Part shown: positions 1 to 6,913 of the stretch, piece by piece
How positions within the stretch are numbered: the first letter of the stretch is position 1
Layout of the letters: each line of letters opens with the position of its first letter
Source of the DNA: a virus
Taxonomy: Duplodnaviria; Heunggongvirae; Uroviricota; Caudoviricetes
DNA length: 14,865 nt
IMG/VR virus record: IMGVR_UViG_3300022073_000076
Direction: 5' to 3' (one strand)
Translations under genes and position numbers: made by a program
Notes under the pieces: generated by a model
Databases searched by the model: none
Told to the model about the DNA's origin: nothing
Seen by the model: only the letters and a program-made list of their open reading frames with translations

Positions 1-655
1 GCCCGCTGCCGCAGATATTCCCGTGGCGAGCGATAACCCAGCGCACTATGCGGATGCCATTCGTTATAATGCTCGAACGCCTCTGCAAGGTTCTTTGCTG
101 CCGTTAACCCGTCTGGTTTGGGCATGATACTGATGTAGTCACGCTTTATCGTTTTCACGAAGCTCTCTGCTATTCCGTTACTCTCCGGACTCCGCACCGC
201 CGTGTTCTTCGGTTCAAGTCCCAACATCCGGGCGAACTGGCGTGTTTCATTAGCCCGGTAGCATGAACCATTATCCGTCAGCCACTCCACTGGAGACGAC
301 GGAAGATCGTTGCCGAAGCGGCGTTCCACCGCTCCCAGCATGACGTCCTGTACTGTTTCACTGTTGAAGCCGCCGGTAGTGACCGCCCAGTGCAGTGCCT
401 CACGATCACAGCAGTCCAGCGCGAACGTGACACGCAGTCTCTCTCCGTTATCACAGCAGAACTCGAACCCGTCAGAGCACCATCGCTGATTGCTTTCTTT
501 CACGGCCACTCTGCCTGTATGTGCCCGTTTCGATGGCGGTACAGCAGGTTTTCGCTCAAGCAACAGCGCATTCTGGCGCATGATCCGGTAAACACGTTTG
601 GCATTGATCGCAGGCATACCATCAAGTTCTGCCTGTCTGCGAAGCAGCGCCCATA
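1..655 (-). mobile_element. insD: Truncated IS2 copy: 3' portion of the transposase insD (orfB) coding sequence, running off the window start; the insC side of the element is absent
   Basis: Reverse complement of 1-655 matches the IS2 insD sequence I know (..[25 protein letters not shown].. through ..[19 protein letters not shown]). Identity breaks at about 655/656, where ydfE-derived sequence begins. No in-frame start for a full transposase lies inside the window. Confidence 0.85.
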
Positions 656-1420
656 GGCCAGTTCGTCATCCAGTGTTTTCCATGTCTGCTTGTATTCGCG
701 ATGAATGGCAGCAATGACCGGGCTGATTTTTCCTGTTGAATTTTCAGTGTACTGTTGATTGGCTCTGGCGCGGGCGAGATCAACAACAGACGTGTATTTT
801 CCGGTTTCCTTGCGTTCACCTTCGCGACGTTTTTTCCAGATGCGCATCTCTGCCTGAATTTCGGGCCATTTAGCACCAGGAATACATTTATGCTTAACCC
901 ACCCAATGGCGTGCAACTTAAGCTCCGGATACATGGCGTTAACTTCTGGCATTTTCATCAACGCTTCAACGATATGTCCGTCGAATGTTGCCATGTCTTC
1001 CTGCAACAATTCCTGTGCGCTAATAACCATATCAACGGTGATGTTTTCACATGTGTCGAACTTAACCATGACAGCGTTCTGTACTTCAGGGGCCAGCTTG
1101 TCAAAAGTGACGTTCATCGGATCGGATTCAGTCTCAACCGGGACAAAAGAAGCAGACTCCTCATCCCAGCGGTTTTCCTGCATATATTCAGCATCCCATG
1201 AATCGAGGGCAGGGCGGGGTATGCCAGGTTTATCCTCGCAGACAATAAATTTATAAGCGCAGTCCTGAGCAGCCGGATAATGTTCCAGGAATTGCCAGTG
1301 AAATTTTGCTCGAGCACGGCGTTCGTCGCCAGCTTCAATGGCTGTGGCTACAGCCACAGCGCCTTCTTCCCTTGTTGCCAGTTCGTCAGGAATAGCGGCG
1401 CAAATAAAGACTTTACTCAT
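656..1420 (-). pseudogene. ydfE: ydfE-like prophage protein, 3' end replaced by IS2 sequence (C-terminal truncation); N-terminal ~255 codons retained
   Basis: ORF track 500..1456 (-). Likely start is the ATG at 1418-1420 (MSKVFICAAIP..) with GAGG 7 nt upstream. The reading frame continues out of frame into IS2-derived sequence after ~656, giving a chimeric C-terminus. Confidence 0.7.
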
Positions 1421-1512
1421 TTGTTTTAACCTCATGACAGATTTAAGGATGAACAAATCCCTGCCATTGCTGGCATATAAGAATGAAACCGGATATTTAT
1501 TACGGAACTGTT

Positions 1513-1704
1513 TTAAAGACCTGCCGGGATTTCGATATTATCCTGGTGAATAACTTTATCGACCGGGTAACAGTTACCGGGAATTTTCTGTTCGGTTGCT
1601 GCAGTCATACACTCCTGCATTGTCCTGTGAACACTGACTGCAATATCAACTGGCTCTCCGGAAACAAGAAAAACTGTCAGAACAAGCACAAATGCTGAAT
1701 TCAT
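1513..1704 (-). CDS. ydfD: YdfD, 63-aa prophage lysis protein
   Basis: Internal start of ORF 1513..1758 (-): MNSAFVLVLTVFLVSGEPVDIAVSVHRTMQECMTAATEQKIPGNCYPVDKVIHQDNIEIPAGL. Its start codon overlaps the dicB stop (ATGA overlap at 1701-1704). Hydrophobic N-terminal segment. Confidence 0.85.
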   Translation of the reverse strand: MNSAFVLVLTVFLVSGEPVDIAVSVHRTMQECMTAATEQKIPGNCYPVDKVIHQDNIEIPAGL

Positions 1705-1889
1705 TGTGCACATCCTTTTGGCATCAGACGTAAACGAGCCAGCATTGAAACAATGCATATTTTATTTAATAGCTCCCGTTCTTGTTTTCTCTTGTTAATG
1801 GCATCTTCAGTAAATACTGGGTTACTGATAGTGACACCAATTTCAAAACAACCTTCAGACGTATTAACGTTTGGTAATAACGTTTTCAT
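1701..1889 (-). CDS. dicB: DicB, 62-aa cell-division inhibitor (acts through MinC)
   Basis: Internal start of ORF 1701..1994 (-): MKTLLPNVNTSEGCFEIGVTISNPVFTEDAINKRKQERELLNKICIVSMLARLRLMPKGCAQ, recognised as DicB. GAGGA 8 nt upstream of the ATG at 1887-1889. Confidence 0.9.
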   Translation of the reverse strand: MKTLLPNVNTSEGCFEIGVTISNPVFTEDAINKRKQERELLNKICIVSMLARLRLMPKGCAQ

Positions 1890-2058
1890 TATCGCGTCCT
1901 CAACAATGAATTTTGTGATGCAGTGCCTGGTGCCTCCAGGTGACGTTAACCAGTTAACAATTAACGCCGGATACAGAGAATCCACCCATAACACTGTTTT
2001 TGGTTTTAACTGTTCCGCGTGCGCTCAGCCGCATTCACCACATCACAAAATTCACTTT

Positions 2059-2116
2059 AAAAAGGGCGGCAGAGCAGTCACGGAGTAAAACTGATACCGC
2101 CAAACGTCACCAGAAA
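2059..2116 (-). ncRNA. dicF: DicF small RNA (antisense inhibitor of ftsZ translation), processed from the dicB-operon transcript; 3' end is an intrinsic terminator
   Basis: Reverse complement of 2059-2116 reads TTTCTGGTGACGTTTGGCGGTATCAGTTTTACTCCGTGACTGCTCTGCCGCCCTTTTT, which matches DicF as I recall it: GC stem (GGCGG..CCGCC) followed by a U-run. Lies between ydfC and dicB as expected. Confidence 0.8.
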
Positions 2117-2456
2117 ATTGATAACAGAGGGCGTTGCAGCGGGGTTGTCACTTAAGCGTATGGTCAACCTGACAACCCGGTGTCCTCAACGGGGAAGGAA
2201 TAACCCCGCCATACTTACCGCCGCGCCATTTCGCGGGTTGCCACAACCGGAAGCGCACGGTCGACGAAAATTTAACGACAGGCTATCTATGAACCAGCTA
2301 CCTCGCCATGCGCTTTCGCGTTATGGTCTGACTTTTCAGGGAAATATCCTTTCAGTAAACTGTCAGTTCCGGATGCGCACCCGTGTCCGGCGCACGCACT
2401 CCACCTCACCCGTGGAGAACTCCTTAATTACTAACCTTAGCTTTGTTGATTAGCTA

Positions 2457-2675
2457 CTAACGCGGGTATGTAATCATTCTGGCAATGCTTAATGCCGCTG
2501 CTTTTTCCAGATTGGTGATATCCTGCTCCAGAGCGGACAGATTTTCAGCCTGCTTAGCCCTGGCTTCATTAGCCCATTTCAGATCCTGCGCTGCATTAAT
2601 TTTCTGGCGCATCCACTCATAAAGTTCATCATCGGTATAGTCTGGCGCGATGATGACGGGTTCTCGTTTCTGCAT
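2457..2675 (-). CDS. ydfC: YdfC, 72-aa prophage protein of the dicB operon
   Basis: ORF 2457..2675 (-): MQKREPVIIAPDYTDDELYEWMRQKINAAQDLKWANEARAKQAENLSALEQDITNLEKAAALSIARMITYPR. GAGGA 7 nt upstream of the start. Confidence 0.8.
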   Translation of the reverse strand: MQKREPVIIAPDYTDDELYEWMRQKINAAQDLKWANEARAKQAENLSALEQDITNLEKAAALSIARMITYPR

Positions 2676-2704
2676 ACTGATTCCTCGCGGTGCTGTTTCG
2701 CTTA

Positions 2705-2833
2705 TCAGCCGTTAGATTTTGCCGAACTGGAAAGCGCCTGTTTAAACTCACTGAAGCTGAGAGCTTCTTCGCCTTCGGCAAGGCCTTCGAAGTATTCTTC
2801 GTAAGCCTTTTCCATGATTGTGTCGAAATCCAT
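2705..2833 (-). CDS. ydfB: YdfB, 42-aa acidic small protein of the dicB operon
   Basis: Hand translation of the minus strand from the ATG at 2831-2833: MDFDTIMEKAYEEYFEGLAEGEEALSFSEFKQALSSSAKSNG, stop TGA at 2705-2707. Too short for the ORF track. Start lies 2 nt after the ydfA stop. Confidence 0.7.
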   Translation of the reverse strand: MDFDTIMEKAYEEYFEGLAEGEEALSFSEFKQALSSSAKSNG

Positions 2834-2834
2834 A

Positions 2835-2990
2835 TCACTCACCTGAGTTTCTTTCCAGCCAGCGACGGGCACCATTTTCGGTTTTAAACGTTTTGCTTTT
2901 GGTATACGTCATTGCGGTGAACGTGCCGTCCTGGTTTGGAAACACGCCGTACACCAGAGATTCGTTGTTGCCAAGATCGATAGTATCCAT
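2835..2990 (-). CDS. ydfA: YdfA, 51-aa small prophage protein, first gene of the dicB operon
   Basis: Internal start of ORF 2835..3068 (-): MDTIDLGNNESLVYGVFPNQDGTFTAMTYTKSKTFKTENGARRWLERNSGE. Confidence 0.75.
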   Translation of the reverse strand: MDTIDLGNNESLVYGVFPNQDGTFTAMTYTKSKTFKTENGARRWLERNSGE

Positions 2991-3067
2991 GCTGACCTCA
3001 TTTCCCCTTAACGCTGGGGTAGCGGAACTGTTTGCTGAGAACACCGTGCGGTGTGTTGATGCAAACA

Positions 3068-3096
3068 AGATTAGCCATGACTAACATATCGGTCAA
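3068..3096 (-). promoter_or_regulatory. Putative sigma-70 promoter of the ydfABC-dicF-dicB operon with an overlapping DicA-type operator
   Basis: On the minus strand: TTGACC (complement of 3091-3096), 17-nt spacer, TAATCT (complement of 3068-3073). The spacer contains TTAGCCATGACTAACA (3071-3086), which matches at 14 of 16 positions the motif TTAGTTATGACTAACA in the dicA-dicC intergenic region. Confidence 0.4.
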
Positions 3097-3156
3097 GTGA
3101 TTTTGTATGCTATAGCTAACATAATTGATGTGGTAAAAGATAACTCATTGATGATG

Positions 3157-3564
3157 TTATCTTTTATTTGTCCGCTGACGGGCTTTTAGTAATTCTTCAA
3201 AGAGTTTATTGAAGTTTTTTACTCGAGCTCGCATTTCGGCGAGCTGGGTATCCTGTTCTGATTCTGGCAGTGCATTAAACAGCTCAAGGAGCTCTAGTTC
3301 TTTGGGGGATAAGGCAACTGGCTTCTCAACAGGTGGTGTTGGTTGCTTGTCTTCATCGCCAAATAGAATCCATGTTGGTGAGCATTGCAATACTTTACTG
3401 AGGGCAAAAAGGTTCTTCCCTGTAGGTTCACTATCACCCCGTTCCCATTGTGATACAGACACATGGGAGATTTTCAGGGCTTTAGCAAGAGACCTTTGGG
3501 TGTGTTTGAGGTTTTTCCGACGATACCTGATGCGTTCGCCGATAGTTAAATTTTTTGTTTCCAT
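3157..3564 (-). CDS. dicA: DicA, 135-aa HTH (Cro/C1-type) repressor of the division-inhibition operon
   Basis: ORF 3157..3564 (-): METKNLTIGERIRYRRKNLKHTQRSLAKALKISHVSVSQWERGDSEPTGKNLFALSKVLQCSPTWILFGDEDK.., recognised as DicA. Divergent from dicC. Confidence 0.9.
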   Translation of the reverse strand: METKNLTIGERIRYRRKNLKHTQRSLAKALKISHVSVSQWERGDSEPTGKNLFALSKVLQCSPTWILFGDEDKQPTPPVEKPVALSPKELELLELFNALPESEQDTQLAEMRARVKNFNKLFEELLKARQRTNKR

Positions 3565-3586
3565 AGTTAGCTAATGCTAAATCGTA

Positions 3587-3633
3587 TTGACTATGTTTTT
3601 GTTAACATCTATCTTGTTAGTTATGACTAACAA
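3587..3633 (+). promoter_or_regulatory. Putative dicC promoter with an operator-like inverted repeat (dicA/dicC divergent control region)
   Basis: TTGACT (3587-3592), 17-nt spacer, TATCTT (3610-3615). Inverted repeat TTGTTAGT-TATG-ACTAACAA at 3614-3633 overlaps the -10/+1 region. The palindrome TTAGCTAA at 3569-3576 lies just upstream of the dicA start. Confidence 0.4.
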
Positions 3634-3647
3634 TAAAGGTGTTTTAA

Positions 3648-3878
3648 ATGCTTAAAACTGACGCTCTTTTGTATTTCGGTTCAAAAACAAAACTTGCACA
3701 AGCAGCAGGTATTCGTTTGGCTTCGCTTTATAGCTGGAAAGGGGATTTAGTTCCCGAAGGTCGCGCGATGCGTCTACAGGAGGCATCTGGCGGGGAGCTT
3801 CAGTATGATCCCAAAGTTTATGATGAATATCGTAAGACGAAGCGGGCGGGGCGGTTGAACAATGAAAATCACTCCTGA
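3648..3878 (+). CDS. dicC: DicC, 76-aa Cro-like regulator
   Basis: ORF 3648..3878 (+): MLKTDALLYFGSKTKLAQAAGIRLASLYSWKGDLVPEGRAMRLQEASGGELQYDPKVYDEYRKTKRAGRLNNENHS. Divergent from dicA, as in lambdoid immunity regions. Confidence 0.85.
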   Translation: MLKTDALLYFGSKTKLAQAAGIRLASLYSWKGDLVPEGRAMRLQEASGGELQYDPKVYDEYRKTKRAGRLNNENHS

Positions 3879-4152
3879 ACAGGCTCGTGAGGCTCTGGAT
3901 GCCTGGATATGTCGACCAGGAATGACACAGGAGCAGGCGACGATATTAATCACTGAAGCATTCTGGGCTTTGAAAGAGCGCCCGAACATCGATGTTCAGC
4001 GTGTCACATATGAAGGTGGCGCGATTGATCAGCGAGCGCTTGGCGTTAATCGAGTGAAGATATTTGAACGCTGGAAGGCTATCGACACCAGGGATAAGCG
4101 TGAAAAGTTCACGGCGCTAGTGCCTGCAATTATGGAGGCTACCACTGGATGA
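3862..4152 (+). CDS. ydfX: YdfX-like 96-aa prophage protein, probably a remnant of the early/replication region
   Basis: ORF 3862..4152 (+): MKITPEQAREALDAWICRPGMTQEQATILITEAFWALKERPNID.. Overlaps the dicC 3' end by 17 nt. No clear Shine-Dalgarno; function unknown. Confidence 0.5.
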   Translation: MKITPEQAREALDAWICRPGMTQEQATILITEAFWALKERPNIDVQRVTYEGGAIDQRALGVNRVKIFERWKAIDTRDKREKFTALVPAIMEATTG

Positions 4153-4376
4153 TGAAAAGAGTGTCCATGAACGAGTGGATAATGCCCGTATTGATTTACG
4201 CTCAAAATACTATGTTAAACCTAAAGCTGACCATCCCTGGCTTACGCGCCGAACGCAAAGTCATCAGCAAGTTAAGCCCCCGAAGTTACCTAAAAAGAAG
4301 CCTGATCCCGATAAAAAAGATTGAAACCAAGATCGATTCGGTTGAGTGCATATCCATTCATAGGGTAGATTCTTAA
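4149..4376 (+). other. Degenerate ORF(s) downstream of ydfX (possibly the ydfW locus); two overlapping frames are open and neither is convincing
   Basis: Frame A 4149..4376 (75 aa, MMKRVSMNEWIM..) starts on an ATGATG overlapping the ydfX stop. Frame B 4175..4324 (GTG start, 49 aa, ..VDNARIDLRSKYYVKPKADHPWLTRRTQSHQQVKPPKLPKKKPDPDKKD) is Lys/Pro-rich. Looks like decayed early-region sequence. Confidence 0.3.
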
Positions 4377-4721
4377 GTCGCGTTTCTGGTGTTCATTTTC
4401 GGGTGGTTTGTTACTTGTTTTACCGGGGATATGCCAGAAACGCGCTGAGTCAGTCTGGGCGGTGCGCGTAATGAGGCGTTATGGTAAATAGCCTATGCTA
4501 ATGTCCGCTAAGAGCAAGAAGCGGAAGTTGGCAGTTTTGTGGACTGTCCCCACAAAAGTGACTACAGAAATAGTTGCAATTCATAATTGATCATGGGTTG
4601 TCAGTTAAACTCGTGGCGATTTAAATAGACTAATTGGGAGTGCGTCCATTACTTATATCTTGTAATGTTAACTATCAGAAATGATACAAAGATAATATGT
4701 CTTTAAAGAAAAGGCTGATGG

Positions 4722-4746
4722 CGAAAAGTGGCCCGATGAGGGCCAC
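4722..4746 (-). terminator. Putative intrinsic terminator downstream of flxA
   Basis: Inverted repeat GTGGCCC-GATGA-GGGCCAC at 4728-4746. On the minus strand it is followed by TTTTCG (complement of 4722-4727). Lies 15-40 nt past the flxA stop. Confidence 0.45.
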
Positions 4747-4760
4747 AATACGGCTGTCAC

Positions 4761-5093
4761 TTAGACGTAAATATCAATGGTGCCAGCGGTATTTGTATCG
4801 TCTTTTTTCTCTTCTTTTTTATCAGGCTGAACTGTCGCGTCTTCATTCTTTTTCTCTGCCTGCTGCCTTAACAACTGCTCCAGTTGAGCCCAGAGGCTTT
4901 CAATTTGCTTCTGTACCAATGCAGCCATTTCTTTTTTCTGCTGTGTCGTCATCCCCTCTTCCGATGAGATTTTCCCAAGCTTTTCAGTCAGCACCTGAAT
5001 TTGTCTTGTGATTTTGGCTATTTCTGATGTTCCTTCCGGGGCGGAGTTGTTTGAAATAACGGTTGAGGTATTTCCCTGAATTGTGACAGACAT
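4761..5093 (-). CDS. flxA: FlxA, 110-aa flagellar-regulon (FliA-dependent) protein
   Basis: ORF 4761..5093 (-): MSVTIQGNTSTVISNNSAPEGTSEIAKITRQIQVLTEKLGKISSEEGMTTQQKKEMAALVQKQIESLWAQLEQLLRQQAEKKNEDATVQPDKKEEKKDDTNTAGTIDIYV. GGAGAAA-type Shine-Dalgarno upstream. Confidence 0.9.
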   Translation of the reverse strand: MSVTIQGNTSTVISNNSAPEGTSEIAKITRQIQVLTEKLGKISSEEGMTTQQKKEMAALVQKQIESLWAQLEQLLRQQAEKKNEDATVQPDKKEEKKDDTNTAGTIDIYV

Positions 5094-5114
5094 AGATTTC
5101 TCCTTTTAAAAAAG

Positions 5115-5146
5115 CACTATCGGCATGCACAAAAAAATCTTTAATC
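5115..5146 (-). promoter_or_regulatory. Sigma-28 (FliA) class promoter for flxA
   Basis: Minus strand reads TAAAGATT (complement of 5136-5143), 11-nt spacer, GCCGATAG (complement of 5117-5124), against the consensus TAAAGTTT-N11-GCCGATAA. Sits about 25 nt upstream of the flxA start. Confidence 0.7.
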
Positions 5147-5295
5147 GTATTTCTTGTGTCATTAATTGTTTGATGTTCAGATTGTTTTCCTCGCGGGCTG
5201 GCGCGCCTCAGAAAGTAAAGCTTGTTGACAGGGGTAAACGTTCGGCAATAATTTTCTGCCGCATGCGGGTGTTGCATAAAACGTGTTACGTTCCT

Positions 5296-5601
5296 TTATC
5301 GACAGGTCAGGTCACCGCTCACCCGCCGACGAGAAAGCAACACTGACATGCTAAAGCAAAAAATAGATGAATAAGTTGAGTTGTGCATATGTAGCCTGAC
5401 CGTCACAAAGTATATGGTGTCTGTACCAGTAAGATGATGGCCGGACTCTTTAAAAACGAGCTGACCTGCACAATACAGGATGGACTTAGCAATGGCTGCT
5501 CCTGGCACAAAGCGGACAGTGATCACCGTTCTTACGACTACTTTCTGACTTCCTTCGTGACTTGCCCTAAGCATGTTGTAGTGCGATACTTGTAATGACA
5601 T
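5296..5601 (-). CDS. ydfV: YdfV-like 101-aa ORF; coding status doubtful
   Basis: ORF 5296..5601 (-): MSLQVSHYNMLRASHEGSQKVVVRTVITVRF.. Its start lies inside the relB operator/promoter region and the composition is not strongly protein-like. Confidence 0.4.
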   Translation of the reverse strand: MSLQVSHYNMLRASHEGSQKVVVRTVITVRFVPGAAIAKSILYCAGQLVFKESGHHLTGTDTIYFVTVRLHMHNSTYSSIFCFSMSVLLSRRRVSGDLTCR

Positions 5602-5614
5602 TTGTAATTACAAG
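5589..5614 (+). promoter_or_regulatory. relO operator of the relBE promoter
   Basis: CTTGTAATGACATTTGTAATTACAAG at 5589-5614, containing the perfect palindrome TTGTAATTACAA, immediately upstream of the relB Shine-Dalgarno/ATG (AGAGGTGTAAGACATG). A candidate -10 GATACT lies at 5585-5590. Confidence 0.65.
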
Positions 5615-5625
5615 AGGTGTAAGAC

Positions 5626-5865
5626 ATGGGTAGCATTAACCTGCGTATTGACGATGAACTTAAAGCGCGTTCTTACGCCGCGCTTGAAAAAATGGGTGTA
5701 ACTCCTTCTGAAGCGCTTCGTCTCATGCTCGAGTATATCGCTGACAATGAACGCTTGCCGTTCAAACAGACACTCCTGAGTGATGAAGATGCTGAACTTG
5801 TGGAGATAGTGAAAGAACGGCTTCGTAATCCTAAGCCAGTACGTGTGACGCTGGATGAACTCTGA
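5626..5865 (+). CDS. relB: RelB antitoxin, 79 aa
   Basis: ORF 5626..5865 (+): MGSINLRIDDELKARSYAALEKMGVTPSEALRLMLEYIADNERLPFKQTLLSDEDAELVEIVKERLRNPKPVRVTLDEL, recognised as RelB. Confidence 0.95.
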   Translation: MGSINLRIDDELKARSYAALEKMGVTPSEALRLMLEYIADNERLPFKQTLLSDEDAELVEIVKERLRNPKPVRVTLDEL

Positions 5866-6152
5866 TGGCGTATTTTCTGGATTTTGACGAGCGGGCACTA
5901 AAGGAATGGCGAAAGCTGGGCTCGACGGTACGTGAACAGTTGAAAAAGAAGCTGGTTGAAGTACTTGAGTCACCCCGGATTGAAGCAAACAAGCTCCGTG
6001 GTATGCCTGATTGTTACAAGATTAAGCTCCGGTCTTCAGGCTATCGCCTTGTATACCAGGTTATAGACGAGAAAGTTGTCGTTTTCGTGATTTCTGTTGG
6101 GAAAAGAGAACGCTCGGAAGTATATAGCGAGGCGGTCAAACGCATTCTCTGA
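5865..6152 (+). CDS. relE: RelE toxin (ribosome-dependent mRNA endonuclease), 95 aa
   Basis: ORF 5865..6152 (+): MAYFLDFDERALKEWRKLGSTVREQLKKKLVEVLESPRIEANKLRGMPDCYKIKLRSSGYRLVYQVIDEKVVVFVISVGKRERSEVYSEAVKRIL. Start ATG overlaps the relB stop (TGATG). Confidence 0.95.
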   Translation: MAYFLDFDERALKEWRKLGSTVREQLKKKLVEVLESPRIEANKLRGMPDCYKIKLRSSGYRLVYQVIDEKVVVFVISVGKRERSEVYSEAVKRIL

Positions 6153-6223
6153 ACCAAAGCATGACATCTCTGTTTCGCACCGAAGGTGACACTTCTGCTT
6201 TGCGTTGACAGGAGAAGCAGGCT

Positions 6224-6379
6224 ATGAAGCAGCAAAAGGCGATGTTAATCGCCCTGATCGTCATCTGTTTAACCGTCATAGTGACGGCACTGGTAACGAG
6301 GAAAGACCTCTGCGAGGTACGAATCCGAACCGGCCAGACGGAGGTCGCTGTCTTCACAGCTTACGAACCTGAGGAGTAA
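6224..6379 (+). CDS. hokD: HokD (RelF), 51-aa Hok-family membrane toxin, third gene of the relBE operon
   Basis: Hand translation from the ATG at 6224: MKQQKAMLIALIVICLTVIVTALVTRKDLCEVRIRTGQTEVAVFTAYEPEE, stop TAA at 6377-6379. GGAGAAG Shine-Dalgarno at 6211-6217. Too short for the ORF track. Confidence 0.9.
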   Translation: MKQQKAMLIALIVICLTVIVTALVTRKDLCEVRIRTGQTEVAVFTAYEPEE

Positions 6380-6447
6380 GAGACCCGGCGGGGGAGAAAT
6401 CCCTCGCCACCTCTGATGTGGCAGGCATCCTCAACGCACCCGCACTT

Positions 6448-6476
6448 AACCCGCTTCGGCGGGTTTTTGTTTTTAT
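6448..6476 (+). terminator. Intrinsic terminator of the relB-relE-hokD operon
   Basis: AACCCGC-TTCG-GCGGGTT stem-loop followed by TTTTTGTTTTT. Confidence 0.7.
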
Positions 6477-6595
6477 TTTCAACGCGTTTGAAGTTCTGGA
6501 CGGTGCCGGAATAGAATCAAAAATACTTAAGTAGCGCGCAGGGATAAGAGGGATGGTCCCTTAAAGGGGAGAGCTAATTATCCGGAAGGATTCTG

Positions 6596-6847
6596 ATGAT
6601 GAACATCGAAGAACTGCGTAAAATTTTTTGTGAAGATGGCCTCTATGCTGTGTGCGTTGAAAATGGAAATCTTGTTAGTCATTACCGCATTATGTGTTTG
6701 CGAAAGAATGGGGCTGCGTTAATTAATTTTGTGGATGCTCGGGTCACGGACGGATTTATCTTGCGCGAAGGTGAGTTTGTCACTTCATTACAGGCATTGA
6801 AAGAGATCGGAATAAAAGCTGGCTTTTCTGCTTTTTCAGGAGAATAA
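6596..6847 (+). CDS. rem: Rem, 83-aa prophage protein of unknown function
   Basis: ORF 6596..6847 (+): MMNIEELRKIFCEDGLYAVCVENGNLVSHYRIMCLRKNGAALINFVDARVTDGFILREGEFVTSLQALKEIGIKAGFSAFSGE. GGAAGGA Shine-Dalgarno upstream; tandem ATG ATG start. Confidence 0.8.
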   Translation: MMNIEELRKIFCEDGLYAVCVENGNLVSHYRIMCLRKNGAALINFVDARVTDGFILREGEFVTSLQALKEIGIKAGFSAFSGE

Positions 6848-6913
6848 ACTCATCTACAATCTTGCGCGGGGCTGAACTCCCGCTGAGTAACACCGTGCCA
6901 CCGGAGAAAACCG

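Noticed and set aside
755-1256. Plus-strand ORFs 755..1201 (148 aa) and 906..1256 (116 aa) inside ydfE
   Set aside because: They lie antisense to the recognisable ydfE frame, have low-complexity composition and no Shine-Dalgarno; typical shadow ORFs.
2117-2456. Possible coding sequence in the ydfC-dicF spacer (plus-strand ORF 2118..2453, 111 aa)
   Set aside because: It is antisense to the operon transcript that is processed to release DicF; more likely untranslated spacer.
6150-6400. Searched for a sok-like antisense RNA gene opposite the hokD leader
   Set aside because: No convincing minus-strand promoter plus terminator pair was found by eye; recorded as a finding to test rather than a feature.
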